In this document: piece after piece, positions 29,668 to 39,327 of the stretch
Position numbering within the stretch: position 1 is the stretch's first letter
How the letters are laid out: each line of letters opens with the position of its first letter
IMG/VR virus record: IMGVR_UViG_3300034782_000062
Location: 118,771-182,770 of that record
Direction: 5' to 3' (one strand)
Length of the DNA: 64,000 nt
Source: a virus
Program-made: the position numbers and the translations under genes
Notes under the pieces: generated by a model
What the model was told of the DNA's origin: nothing
Seen by the model: only the letters and a program-made list of their open reading frames with translations
The model's database searches: none

Positions 29668-30060
29668 ATGAGACACGCAGACCCACAACACTACCCCGAG
29701 GAAATTCGTGAGTGCTGGGCCGTTCATCAGGCGCTCAGGTCACTTGGTTTTTCTCCAGACGATATATACGTTGCTCTCGGCGCTGATGCTCGTAATCCTG
29801 AATTCGCGGCGGCGCTGTTTGTCGTTCTGAAGGCCCAGGGCAAGGAATTCATCGTTACCCTCGCTGGATATGAGAGCGAGGAGCGGGCAGAGGCAATGCT
29901 AGGTAAGTGGACAGAGTTCGTTACGCTATGGAAAGACGAAGTATTCGACGATGATGTGATGGGTAGAATCTACGAGAAGTCGAACGTCATTCAGAACAAG
30001 GTCGAGTTCGTCATCGCCTTGCACAACAAGGGTATCCGACCCACCGAAGAGTGGTCGTGA
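29668..30060 (+). CDS. Hypothetical protein
   Basis: 130 aa, coupled. Confidence 0.65.
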   Translation: MRHADPQHYPEEIRECWAVHQALRSLGFSPDDIYVALGADARNPEFAAALFVVLKAQGKEFIVTLAGYESEERAEAMLGKWTEFVTLWKDEVFDDDVMGRIYEKSNVIQNKVEFVIALHNKGIRPTEEWS

Positions 30061-30323
30061 TGACCAAGAACATCCACGTCGACACCGACGAGAAAGCGCC
30101 AGAGGGTTGGTCAGAGGCGAAGAAGGCCCTCGCCGTCGTCAAATACTGGTTTAGCTGGTCCGAGGCGACGAGAGGGGAGCTGATCCGCACACTGGAGTGC
30201 CAACCGAACTACTGGTGCGATCCTGTTCTCGGCATCAACGTAGCGGTTCTGAAGAGTCTTCAGGATGTCGACTTGGAGAAGCTTGCCGTGGAGCTGGAAC
30301 CGATACTGGAGGAGTCTCCATGA
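30060..30323 (+). CDS. Hypothetical protein
   Basis: Overlapping stop/start with neighbours. Confidence 0.55.
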   Translation: MTKNIHVDTDEKAPEGWSEAKKALAVVKYWFSWSEATRGELIRTLECQPNYWCDPVLGINVAVLKSLQDVDLEKLAVELEPILEESP

Positions 30324-30862
30324 CGGTCTATCATCGCGTCTTCGGCGGGGGCTACCTTTTCTACAAGGATGAGGACCAGCGGTCGGTTCCGCGCCCGGTG
30401 CAACCCGAGATGGATTTTTTCGAGCCTGTCGAAGGCGTTGACGATCCGCGCGTCTGCATGACATCTGCGATCCCAGGAATTCTTGCCGAGGAGAAGCTGC
30501 TCGTTGCCCGTGTTGTTAGGGTCGAAATTCAAGATACGTACAACGTTCTCGGCCCTGATGCCATCAGGCACTTCGACTTCGCTCTGATGCTCGGGAATGA
30601 TGAGCTGTGGCGAGCTGGCACGTACATACTTCACGCGGTGCGTGACGGTAGAACGCTCTGGACGAGAGAAGTCTTCTTTGATGGCTACGAAGCTATCAAC
30701 ATAGGCCCGATAAAGGGAGAGGGGCCACTCAGGATGATCGTTCGTCCTGACGACTTTATGCTCGAAAAGCTACGTAGCCTGGAAACTGAAGCAGATGGGT
30801 CCGGTACAAGGCTCTTTCTGGTCAGTGTTCTGCTGGACTGCGCGACAGATGTGAGGGATTGA
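30320..30862 (+). CDS. Hypothetical protein
   Basis: GGAGGAG RBS, ATGA overlap. Confidence 0.6.
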   Translation: MTVYHRVFGGGYLFYKDEDQRSVPRPVQPEMDFFEPVEGVDDPRVCMTSAIPGILAEEKLLVARVVRVEIQDTYNVLGPDAIRHFDFALMLGNDELWRAGTYILHAVRDGRTLWTREVFFDGYEAINIGPIKGEGPLRMIVRPDDFMLEKLRSLETEADGSGTRLFLVSVLLDCATDVRD

Positions 30863-31071
30863 TGACGAGATTTACAAAAAGAAAGCGTCTCGTCGAGGTC
30901 AAGGTCTTTGCCGTGGATGAAACTCTGCTGGCGCTCCGCGTCTCTAACGGTACAGTGACGAGATGGGTGCCGAAGTCGCTGATCGGCGATACCAGCGAGG
31001 TTAAGCACGTAGGCGACGAGGGGATGCTCCTCATTCCCGAGTTCAAGGCGAAAGACAAGGGCCTCATTTGA
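30862..31071 (+). CDS. Hypothetical small protein
   Basis: WVPKSLI...G.LLIPEF.A motif, coupled. Confidence 0.55.
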   Translation: MTRFTKRKRLVEVKVFAVDETLLALRVSNGTVTRWVPKSLIGDTSEVKHVGDEGMLLIPEFKAKDKGLI

Positions 31072-31097
31072 AACAGGGCAGCGGTGGGGTGGCGGCG

Positions 31098-31919
31098 ATG
31101 ATGTTGGAGCCTGTCTTTGAGACGCAGCTCGGAAAGCTGTTTCGAGCGGACTGCGTTAAGCTGATGCCCTTTTGGGTTGAGGATGGGGAGGAGTTCGACC
31201 TCATCTTCGTCGATCCTCCATTTAACCTGGAGAAGCAGTACGGCAGGCACGTCAACGATGGCGTTCCCGAGCGCGACTATGTGAAGTGGATGCACCTATG
31301 GTTGATGCAGTGTAGCTCGCTGCTCACACCTGGTGGCTCGCTCATGATCTACAATCTTCCTAAGTGGAACATCATGGCCGCGTCGTTCCTAATGGGCAGC
31401 AACGCCGAACTCGATTTCATCGACTGGATCTCGGTGCGAGTCACCCAGGGCTTTCCCCGCGCTAAGGGTCTCTATCGCGCGCACTACGGCATCATCCACT
31501 TCTCGAAGGGCAAGCCGCGCGTGCTCAACAAGGTGCGGATGCCTATCGAGGTGTGCCGCCACTGCAAGAAGGATCTTCGAGACTACGGCGGTCACCGAGG
31601 TAAGATGAAGGAGGGCGTCACGGTCTCCGATATCTGGACCGATGTCCCAACGGTGCGGCATCCCAAGTACAAGGCCGAGGGCTGGAGCGGACCCCAGCTC
31701 AGTACAAAGCTCATTCGCCGGTGTCTTCTTCTGGCGACGAATCCTGGTGACAGGGTCCTCGATCCCATGGCTGGTAGCGGAACGATGCCTGCTGTCTGTG
31801 AATCCGAGGAGCGCCAGTGGTTCGCCATCGAGAAAGGTGACACCGACCTCATAAAGAAACGGCTCGAAAAGCCAATAGCTTTTCATGACAGCAAGGATTG
31901 GGTCGATGAAAAGGGGTAA
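31098..31919 (+). CDS. DNA methyltransferase (N6A/N4C, beta class)
   Basis: Motif IV DPPF precedes motif I DPMAGSGT. Confidence 0.88.
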   Translation: MMLEPVFETQLGKLFRADCVKLMPFWVEDGEEFDLIFVDPPFNLEKQYGRHVNDGVPERDYVKWMHLWLMQCSSLLTPGGSLMIYNLPKWNIMAASFLMGSNAELDFIDWISVRVTQGFPRAKGLYRAHYGIIHFSKGKPRVLNKVRMPIEVCRHCKKDLRDYGGHRGKMKEGVTVSDIWTDVPTVRHPKYKAEGWSGPQLSTKLIRRCLLLATNPGDRVLDPMAGSGTMPAVCESEERQWFAIEKGDTDLIKKRLEKPIAFHDSKDWVDEKG

Positions 31920-32592
31920 GTTCATAGTCCTCGAAGGGATTGACGGATCCGGAACCACAACAGTCGCTCAACGGTTATACGGCTACATGCAGGTATCTGT
32001 CGAAAGTGGAAAATATCCGGGAGTTGCTTCAGAACATCAGCCGACGGAGCGACCATGCGGAAAGCTTATTCGTAAGATTCTGAGAGGGATCATTCCTTGT
32101 GATGGTCAGGGTGGCTGGAAGCCACCGGCTGAGACGATGGCCCTTTTGTTTGTGGCCGATCGAATGGACCATATCGCTCACGTCATCGAGCCTGCTCTGG
32201 CCAAAGGGAAGTGGGTGTTGTGCGATCGCTACATGTATTCGACATTGGCCTACCAGTCGTTGACCTCTGACCACGTCGATAAGGAGTCATTTCTCAAGTG
32301 GCTGATGAAGCTCCACAGTTATGCCATCGAACCCGACCTGGTCCTGGTTCTCAACGTTGATTGTGACGAGGCAGCGAATCGGCGCGAGTGCCGTCATAAG
32401 ATGAAAGAAATCTACGAGCTGGACGAGCTTCAAGTACGGCTCGCCGAGTTCTATCGCCGGCTTCCGAAGATGGGCGGCTCGTCCTATGTCGCGCCTGGCA
32501 AGCACTTTGTTCACATAGATGCAAACCATCCTGAGGATGAGGTGTTTGAGGCGTGCGTCGCCGCCATCGAAGACAACCTTAGATCCTTCTGA
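31906..32592 (+). CDS. tmk: Thymidylate (dTMP) kinase
   Basis: FIVLEGIDGSGTTT P-loop, ADR..H, CDRY..STLAYQ, PDL. Confidence 0.88.
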   Translation: MKRGKFIVLEGIDGSGTTTVAQRLYGYMQVSVESGKYPGVASEHQPTERPCGKLIRKILRGIIPCDGQGGWKPPAETMALLFVADRMDHIAHVIEPALAKGKWVLCDRYMYSTLAYQSLTSDHVDKESFLKWLMKLHSYAIEPDLVLVLNVDCDEAANRRECRHKMKEIYELDELQVRLAEFYRRLPKMGGSSYVAPGKHFVHIDANHPEDEVFEACVAAIEDNLRSF

Positions 32593-33209
32593 TGGGCAAT
32601 AAAAAGCGCAAGCGCAAGCCGCTTACCCCCGCGGCTCTCAAGGACAAGCTGAAGCGGATGCTGGACAGCTACGGTTTTACCCGTGAGGGGCTTTCGGGCT
32701 GCGACGAGCGGCAATTCTCTTGGGTGTTCGCCAGTCTGGAGGAAGCCTTCAATCTCGCGCTCATGGATAAGTGGGACGAGGTCCGCAAGAAGCTGGAATT
32801 CATTGCGAAGTTCTCGAAGGGCGAGGTCGAGTTGGTACTTGATGCCGAGGTCGCAGACTGGGTCAGCGAATACCTACCCAAGATCCTTCCTCCCCACTGG
32901 CAGGTGCTCGATACGAACCTCAACGGCGCCCGGTATCAGTCCGTCAGGGGGCAGCGAGTCATCCTCTCCGGCGATCGCGAGGAGGACGGCCGGCGCTGGA
33001 TGCACCTGTCGACGTCGTTCCAGGATCGTCTTCCCACCTGGGAAGAGCTTCGGGACGTCAAAGAGCTTTTCCTGGGCGATAGAACCGCCCTCCAAGTGCT
33101 TCCAAAGAAAGAAAATTACGTAAACGTTCATCCCTACGTGCTGCATCTTTGGGTCTGCCTCGACGAGGAGGTTATCCCCGACTTTACCCGCGGCGCCGGA
33201 ACAATCTGA
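32592..33209 (+). CDS. Hypothetical phage protein
   Basis: C-terminal HLS.S...LPTWEEL..VK.LF...YVNVHP..LHLW motif seen in phage proteins. Confidence 0.7.
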   Translation: MGNKKRKRKPLTPAALKDKLKRMLDSYGFTREGLSGCDERQFSWVFASLEEAFNLALMDKWDEVRKKLEFIAKFSKGEVELVLDAEVADWVSEYLPKILPPHWQVLDTNLNGARYQSVRGQRVILSGDREEDGRRWMHLSTSFQDRLPTWEELRDVKELFLGDRTALQVLPKKENYVNVHPYVLHLWVCLDEEVIPDFTRGAGTI

Positions 33210-33271
33210 AGAATATATTCTCTGTTCATCCTCGGTGTTAAGAGGTTATTATCGTCCGTTGGGGCGAATTT

Positions 33272-33763
33272 TTGAGCTGGATTGAAAACGACGAGCTGTT
33301 CAAAAAAGAGCTGCTCGAAGGATACCGCTGGCAGCAATATGTCGCTGATTATTTTGGAGCGAATGGTTTTGAGGCGGTGCTTCCTGAGTTGGCGTTTCGA
33401 AATAATATCAGCGAGATAAAGACCTTTGCCAATAGACCGGATCTTCTCTTGTCCGGAAGGTATTTCGAGGTAAAAAGCCGCAGACTTCCATTTACATGTC
33501 CTCAGGATTTTCCTTATAGAAATATTTTGGTGGACACTGTGTCGAGCTGGGAAGTTAAAGATCCAAAGCCTCGCGGCTATATCTGCGTGAGTACCATCAC
33601 CGGTAAAATAATATGCCTGAGCGACAAGACTTATTCGAAGTGGACGACGCGAGAGCAGTACGATCGCGTGAGGTGTATCACTGACACATTCTACCTTGCC
33701 GACCGGGCGCTGTGGGTGCCCGTCACGAGGATGGTGGATTCGATCCGGAAACACGGCATCTGA
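33272..33763 (+). CDS. PD-(D/E)XK nuclease-like protein
   Basis: RPDLLLSGRYFEVKSR; visibly more AT-rich than flanks; TTG start. Confidence 0.5.
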   Translation: MSWIENDELFKKELLEGYRWQQYVADYFGANGFEAVLPELAFRNNISEIKTFANRPDLLLSGRYFEVKSRRLPFTCPQDFPYRNILVDTVSSWEVKDPKPRGYICVSTITGKIICLSDKTYSKWTTREQYDRVRCITDTFYLADRALWVPVTRMVDSIRKHGI

Positions 33764-33802
33764 CCATCCTTTGGGGCCATCAAACTTTTAAGTTGACCAA
33801 GG

Positions 33803-33814
33803 TAGCATATGCTA
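33803..33814. promoter_or_regulatory. Perfect palindrome TAGCATATGCTA upstream of ORF 33819
   Basis: Intergenic, 4 nt before the ATG. Confidence 0.55.
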
Positions 33815-33818
33815 TATT

Positions 33819-34055
33819 ATGACTACCATGACACCTGCACAATTGCGCCTACTATTGGCGGTCGCACAAGGCAAGATCAGTGAGCTTCAGATGGGCATCC
33901 AGTCTATCGATCAAGCGCTCGGCACGAATCTGAGCGAGGAGGAAAAGGCGTTTCTGTCGATGCAACGGGGGCAGCTCGCACACGCTATGAACGATTTGCT
34001 TGAGGCCTACAAGGCAGTGGAGGCGGAATCGCCACAGGTGGTTTCGGGTGGGTAA
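33819..34055 (+). CDS. Hypothetical helical protein
   Basis: 78 aa. Confidence 0.6.
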   Translation: MTTMTPAQLRLLLAVAQGKISELQMGIQSIDQALGTNLSEEEKAFLSMQRGQLAHAMNDLLEAYKAVEAESPQVVSGG

Positions 34056-34183
34056 TGTGGGGCAATGGGTTCGCAAAGCGAGTCGTCTTATACGTCTTTC
34101 TCTGGGTGCTCATCGTGTCGCTTGTTACTTGGGTTCTCTACAGTTGCTTGCCTGAGCCACCGTCTCACGCGTTATGGAGATGA
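34055..34183 (+). CDS. Small membrane protein
   Basis: MWGNGFAKRVVLYVFLWVLIVSLVTWVLYSC..., one hydrophobic helix; TAATG coupling. Confidence 0.45.
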   Translation: MWGNGFAKRVVLYVFLWVLIVSLVTWVLYSCLPEPPSHALWR

Positions 34184-34186
34184 GCG

Positions 34187-34726
34187 ATGGTCACCATTGA
34201 CGACGGAAGGCACCCTCTGCCTGAGATGAGGGTCAGTGTTGCTGATATGGTCTCAGTGTTTAGGGCGTTTGATCGCTATCGTTCAGTCGTGTGCTTCGCC
34301 GACGACGTCTTTGAGGCTCTCTATCTGGCCAAACGCATCGACTATAGCGGCGACCACGTGAAGCTGCCCAAGGTACGTCCGGGTCAGTATGAGTTTGTTC
34401 TCGAAGATGGATTTGAGGGCACCGCCTACATCCGCAAGCCTGGCATCGTCGAGGTATTCCCTGGCGTTGGCCGGGAACGCCTTTTCGACCAGTGCCCCCT
34501 TCCAATCCTTTCTGTCCAGAGGGCGGAGGTAGTGAAGGAGGGACTCGTCCACGAGACATTCCTTCTCCTAAAGGGTAATGCCATCGGAAAAAGCGGGTCG
34601 AACTGGTGCTTTCTGATGCATAAGAACCGTCTTTCTGGGGAAATGGAAGCCTACGCCCCGGAGCATGGCGGTTTGGTGCGGTGGGCAAAGGACAAGCTCT
34701 GGCCCAGGAAGAAGAACGCAGCCTGA
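34187..34726 (+). CDS. Hypothetical protein
   Basis: 179 aa, coupled. Confidence 0.6.
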   Translation: MVTIDDGRHPLPEMRVSVADMVSVFRAFDRYRSVVCFADDVFEALYLAKRIDYSGDHVKLPKVRPGQYEFVLEDGFEGTAYIRKPGIVEVFPGVGRERLFDQCPLPILSVQRAEVVKEGLVHETFLLLKGNAIGKSGSNWCFLMHKNRLSGEMEAYAPEHGGLVRWAKDKLWPRKKNAA

Positions 34727-35829
34727 TGGGCGATCGGACAAAAATAGAATACGTCGACGCGACGCTCAACCCTGTGAAGGGCTGTTCACACGAAGACGAG
34801 GAGGAATTCTACAACAACCTCGGCGGTTGTGATAACTGCTGGGCCGAACGTCAGGCAGCGCGTTTTTCGAAGCCTGGAGAGCACTTTCACGGGCTGACTA
34901 AAGACGGCAATTGGACCGGTCAGGCCAAGCTCTTCGAGAAGGAGCTGGAGAAGCCGAATCGGTGGACCCGCTCTCGCCGCATCGCTATCTGCCTGATGGG
35001 CGACCTGTTCCATCAATCGGTGCCAGACGAGTGGATCGACAAGGTCTTCGAAATGATGTTCGAGGCCGACCATCACGTCTATCTCATCCTGACCAAGCGC
35101 CCCGAGCGCATGGCGAAGTACGTTCAGAAATGGGTCACGCCCTACGAGCCCAAGGGTCCTGTCGAGATCTGTGTTGGGCTCGACGAGATCGAAGAGCGCG
35201 ATGCTCGTGTCAGAAAGGCGTGGCTCCCTCCTCACATCTGGTGCGGCGTCTCCGTCGAAAATCAGGAAGCAGCCGACCTGCGCATCCCCCACCTGCTCAG
35301 GGTGCCGGCTCGAATTCGATTCCTCTCCCTCGAACCGCTGCTCGGGCCGGTCAAGCTACGGATGCCAGGGATCGGCGAGGTAGAAGAGGACGCTACATAC
35401 CCAATCGCCAATCCGGGAGAGTGGGACGACTTCAAGTATTGGGCAGCTCGTGACCGCGGCATCCAGTGGGTGATCGTGGGCGGAGAGAGTGGCCCTGGTG
35501 CTCGTCCCATGCACCCCCGGTGGGTCCACGACATCAAAGAGCAGTGCGAGAAGTCGCACGTCAGTTTTTTCTTCAAACAGTGGGGTGCCTGGATCGCCGG
35601 CTCCGAGTACGGCCACATTGTCAAGTCTCGTGGTTTTTATGGGCCGGACATCGTCACGTCTCGGTTCGGTTCATTGACATCAGATGGCCAGTGGGAACCT
35701 GATGTTTATCCTGGGCGCAAGAACGGAAAGGGTCCCCATCTCGAAGAGATGTATCTTCTTGGTAAGAAAAAAACCGGGAAGATGCTGGGAGGGGAGTTTT
35801 ATAATGCCATCCCAGAAGTCCCTAGCTAG
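34726..35829 (+). CDS. Phage Gp37/Gp68 (DUF5131) family protein
   Basis: TKIEY.D.T.NPV.GC...GCDNCWAE, MGDLFH, LTKRPER, FLSLEPLLG, WVIVGGESG.GARPM, FFFKQWG. Confidence 0.9.
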   Translation: MGDRTKIEYVDATLNPVKGCSHEDEEEFYNNLGGCDNCWAERQAARFSKPGEHFHGLTKDGNWTGQAKLFEKELEKPNRWTRSRRIAICLMGDLFHQSVPDEWIDKVFEMMFEADHHVYLILTKRPERMAKYVQKWVTPYEPKGPVEICVGLDEIEERDARVRKAWLPPHIWCGVSVENQEAADLRIPHLLRVPARIRFLSLEPLLGPVKLRMPGIGEVEEDATYPIANPGEWDDFKYWAARDRGIQWVIVGGESGPGARPMHPRWVHDIKEQCEKSHVSFFFKQWGAWIAGSEYGHIVKSRGFYGPDIVTSRFGSLTSDGQWEPDVYPGRKNGKGPHLEEMYLLGKKKTGKMLGGEFYNAIPEVPS

Positions 35830-36232
35830 TAAGCCACTCAATAAAAAAATTGTCTCCAAGACGACCAAGGCGGCAGCAAGAATGCTGAACCCACGGATCG
35901 GGACCTCGATCCGTCTCATCCCCGGCCTGCGCCTTTACGTCTCATGGGGTGCGAGTGGGTTTCATTTCAACATGGGCGGCAACCCGGCGACGATTGCCAG
36001 GGGGATCAGGAAGAAGCTCGCGGACAGCAGCTCTCGCAAGGCGGTGGACGCCGAGGCCGAGATGCTCGACGCGATGCTAGACGAGGAGAGATATGAGCAC
36101 GATGGAGACCCCGGAGTCGATGCGCGAAGAGATCATGAAGATCCGTGTTTGGAGGCGTCTGAAGGACGCGATGCTGAACAACGCGGTCTCGACGGAGAGG
36201 GAGCTGACGCTCGCCTCGGGGCGAAAAAGTAA
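35804..36232 (+). CDS. Hypothetical basic protein
   Basis: SIRLIPGLRLYVS..G pattern; 3' part overlaps pyrE. Confidence 0.4.
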   Translation: MPSQKSLASKPLNKKIVSKTTKAAARMLNPRIGTSIRLIPGLRLYVSWGASGFHFNMGGNPATIARGIRKKLADSSSRKAVDAEAEMLDAMLDEERYEHDGDPGVDARRDHEDPCLEASEGRDAEQRGLDGEGADARLGAKK

Positions 36233-36728
36233 GTTCTACGTCGACTGCCGTCTGGCTGCCTGCCACCCCTCGGTGGGTGAGCACCTCGGGGGCGCTCTCC
36301 ACTTCGGCCTGGACTGCGTCACACCGTCGGGGGTGAACTGGGCGCTCGCTCCTGTGCCGCTGGGAGGTCTCCTGCTCGTTGCGCGACTGATGGGCGTCGG
36401 CGGACCCTTCGCGAAGAAGATCCCATGGCTCATACCTCGTCTGGACAAGAAGGGCCACGGGCGCAAGCAGTCTGTCGAGGGTCTCTACGATCTCGACGGA
36501 GAGCGGATGGTCTCGAACGATTGCCGCGTCCTTGCCATCGAGGACGTCGTCACGTCCGGTGGCTCGTCGCTCAAGGCGGTCGAGACGCTTCGCGAGGAGA
36601 ATCTCAACGTCGTGGGCGTCCTCGCCGTCGTCGACCGTCAGGAAGGCGGAGAGGAGCTGCTCCGTGAGAACGGGCTGCAGCTCTGGTCCATCTTCAGAAA
36701 AGAGGATTTTTTACCCGGAGAAGAATGA
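36093..36728 (+). CDS. pyrE: Orotate phosphoribosyltransferase
   Basis: TLASGRKSKFYVDCR, R...KGHG, PRPP-binding IEDVVTSGGS, VDRQEGG. Confidence 0.9.
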   Translation: MSTMETPESMREEIMKIRVWRRLKDAMLNNAVSTERELTLASGRKSKFYVDCRLAACHPSVGEHLGGALHFGLDCVTPSGVNWALAPVPLGGLLLVARLMGVGGPFAKKIPWLIPRLDKKGHGRKQSVEGLYDLDGERMVSNDCRVLAIEDVVTSGGSSLKAVETLREENLNVVGVLAVVDRQEGGEELLRENGLQLWSIFRKEDFLPGEE

Positions 36729-37768
36729 TGTCCGAAGAAGAACTACCGGAGGGCTGGGGGGTCCACATTACACACTGCTGCCCCGTCCACGGCTGCAAAT
36801 ATGAATCGATAGAAGTGACCAAGGAAACGTCTGAATGCCCTGTTTTTAAGGGGCTAGTCGAGCGAGAAAAGAATTCCGGTTGGTGTCAAGAGCCGCATCT
36901 TGTCGATGACCCAGAGGCTTGTCGAAAGCCTGGCGAGCACATGCCTGCCACGAAAGAGCAACTGGCCCAGTGGGACCGCGACTACGAGGCCGAGAAGCAG
37001 CGACAGAAGGAAGAGATCGACGCTCTCTTGAAGCATGAAGAAGAAGGTGATGACGCCCCGCTGGATGTAGGCTTCATGGAGCGGCTCGGCGGTGACTATC
37101 CTGCGTCGCCTCCGTTTAGCGATCCAGTGCCCGACTCAATCTCCGTCGAGGAGACGGTGGAGCTGATGGGCGCGGATCCAGAACGTGTCTATCCAGTGGG
37201 CGATCGAAATGTTTTAGTAGGTGCTCCTGACAAGACGCTGGAGATGTTCAGGCGCCGACATGAAAAGCGTGAGCCCGTCGAGCACGAGTTGAAGACGTGG
37301 CCAGCCGAATTCCGCGCAATGAAGTCGGGTGAGAAGACCTTCGACGTTCGCAAGAACGATCGTGACTTCGAGAAGGGCGACATTCTCGTTCTGAAGGAGT
37401 GGAACCCAGGGACGACAGGTGCCGGTGTAACGGCTGACGAGACCTACTTTGGTCCTCCTGACCAGGGATACACTGGGAACGTCCTGAGGATGAAGGTTGC
37501 CTACATCCTTCGTGGCCCGATCTACAGCATTCCCAAAGATGTGGTCGTCATGTCCGTCGTGCCCGAGAAGAAAAAAATGTTCGATGTGTTTGATGCCGTC
37601 CAAGCCGTTGACGAGCTGGAATTTGAGGCCAATAAAGTGCTCGGCAGTATCGATGACAAGGACAACTGGCCAAAGACGACAAGGGATCGCGTTAGGAAAA
37701 TATTCCAGGGCGTTGATGGGCTGCTCCAAAAGATCCGTTCGCTCCAGTTCGAGATGAGGCGTCTATAG
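36725..37768 (+). CDS. ASCH/DUF3850-domain protein
   Basis: HELKTWP..F.A..SG.KTFDVRKNDRDFE.GD.L.LKEW. Confidence 0.75.
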   Translation: MMSEEELPEGWGVHITHCCPVHGCKYESIEVTKETSECPVFKGLVEREKNSGWCQEPHLVDDPEACRKPGEHMPATKEQLAQWDRDYEAEKQRQKEEIDALLKHEEEGDDAPLDVGFMERLGGDYPASPPFSDPVPDSISVEETVELMGADPERVYPVGDRNVLVGAPDKTLEMFRRRHEKREPVEHELKTWPAEFRAMKSGEKTFDVRKNDRDFEKGDILVLKEWNPGTTGAGVTADETYFGPPDQGYTGNVLRMKVAYILRGPIYSIPKDVVVMSVVPEKKKMFDVFDAVQAVDELEFEANKVLGSIDDKDNWPKTTRDRVRKIFQGVDGLLQKIRSLQFEMRRL

Positions 37769-38167
37769 ATGCCGAAGTGTAGAGCATGTGGCGCTGAGAA
37801 CGTCGAGGTCGGGGGTTGCTTCGAGTGCATGGTCGAGGGCTGCGAGAAGTGCATTCACGAGAAGAAGTGGGTCAACCCCAGACTCATGACCTGTAGGGGC
37901 TGTGGCGACGTCAGAAAGCTACATGGCCTGAAGGGTATGGTCGGTATGCAGTGCGCCCTCTGTCGCGCGACGGCCGCAGAGCGCTCGTGGGTGCTGTGGC
38001 ATGGTTACATCGACTGGGCTGACGACGGGGACATGCTCTACAAGTACGAGCCCATCTGCGACGAGTGCCTCATGCGGCGTCACGAAATCTCGAAAGAGCG
38101 TTTTAAGGAGGTTCATGGTCACCCCATGGGTTACTACCTGGACCGGGAGAAGAGAAATGGGTGTTGA
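37769..38167 (+). CDS. Cys-rich hypothetical protein
   Basis: Multiple CxxC pairs. Confidence 0.6.
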   Translation: MPKCRACGAENVEVGGCFECMVEGCEKCIHEKKWVNPRLMTCRGCGDVRKLHGLKGMVGMQCALCRATAAERSWVLWHGYIDWADDGDMLYKYEPICDECLMRRHEISKERFKEVHGHPMGYYLDREKRNGC

Positions 38168-38576
38168 TAAAAACGGACAGCCGCACATCTACTGGCGAGT
38201 GTGGAAGAAGGGGATGTCCAATCTATTTTTCCCAGCCGGACGTTACGAGAAAGCTGAGGCGCGCAAGCAGTATCGCGATCGTCACAAGCTCAAGAACATG
38301 CGCGGCGTAGAGGCAATCCCGTGTACCTGCGATGTCGACGGCTGCTGGAACTTCGCGACGTCTGTGTTCAATCAGGAAGTCGAGGGGGTGCAGCCAGGAT
38401 TCGTCGATGAGAACAGCATAATCGTTGACGGCGGGAAGTTTACCGCTCTCTGCGTGAAGCACACCGAGCGCTTCGCCAAAAGCTTGGCGGCGAGGGTGAC
38501 GGAGCTGGAGGATCGCGTCGATGACATGCAGAAGCAGCTCGACGAGCTGTCGTGTCAGGTGGCAGGGTTGGATTGA
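38157..38576 (+). CDS. Hypothetical protein
   Basis: Coupled ORF with C-terminal coiled coil. Confidence 0.55.
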   Translation: MGVDKNGQPHIYWRVWKKGMSNLFFPAGRYEKAEARKQYRDRHKLKNMRGVEAIPCTCDVDGCWNFATSVFNQEVEGVQPGFVDENSIIVDGGKFTALCVKHTERFAKSLAARVTELEDRVDDMQKQLDELSCQVAGLD

Positions 38577-38989
38577 TGAAACAGGAAGACGTCGATTTCT
38601 GGGCAGAGCTGGAGAAGGTGAAGGCGTCGCTACGACAGGGGGCTGTCGGGCGCGCTTTGGAAATAATCGAGCAGATGGAAGAGATCCAGAAGCACATGCC
38701 GCAAGCGATTGACCCCTTGGTGGTCAACGCAAACGGGACCGGTCCCGACAGCGGCCTTGAACTTCAATTTGACCACACTGCCGATGACATCCCGGAGTTC
38801 TACTTCGAGGGGGACGAGCTGTGCGTCAACGATGAGGGCTGGGACATCGACCCTGAATTCATCGATGAGATAACCACCGCGGCCATGACAAACACTGTGC
38901 TGGGGGTGAGCCAGATCGATCTGGGAAAGCATGTAGAAGGGCTTTTTCGGTCAGCGATCAAGCAAGGAAGGGTTCGGAGGGAAAAGTAA
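38576..38989 (+). CDS. Hypothetical acidic protein
   Basis: TGATG coupling. Confidence 0.6.
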   Translation: MKQEDVDFWAELEKVKASLRQGAVGRALEIIEQMEEIQKHMPQAIDPLVVNANGTGPDSGLELQFDHTADDIPEFYFEGDELCVNDEGWDIDPEFIDEITTAAMTNTVLGVSQIDLGKHVEGLFRSAIKQGRVRREK

Positions 38990-39321
38990 TGCCGAAGAGG
39001 TTCAGTGGGGAGGTTCGTCTGACGGTGACGGGGGGGCACGCGGGATTGGTCGACGAGTACGATGTCCGGATTAAAGCACCGGGGTGCTCGCCGCATGAAG
39101 GGGTGGCCGCATTACAGAATGGCTACACGGGATTGAATGGCGCTGACGCGGCTATTGATGAAGCGGCGCGTCAGTACATGAGGTTACTCGAAAAAGACCC
39201 AGAACTCGCTCAGTTTGTGAAGCACGCCGCGAAGGATGGCGAGAGCTTTCACGTCGGACGAGGGAAGGCCGACCGATGGCCTGGTGGCAAGTCGAATACA
39301 AAGACTAAGAAGGGTCGTTGA
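38989..39321 (+). CDS. Hypothetical protein
   Basis: TAATG coupling. Confidence 0.6.
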   Translation: MPKRFSGEVRLTVTGGHAGLVDEYDVRIKAPGCSPHEGVAALQNGYTGLNGADAAIDEAARQYMRLLEKDPELAQFVKHAAKDGESFHVGRGKADRWPGGKSNTKTKKGR

Positions 39322-39327
39322 TGGCTT

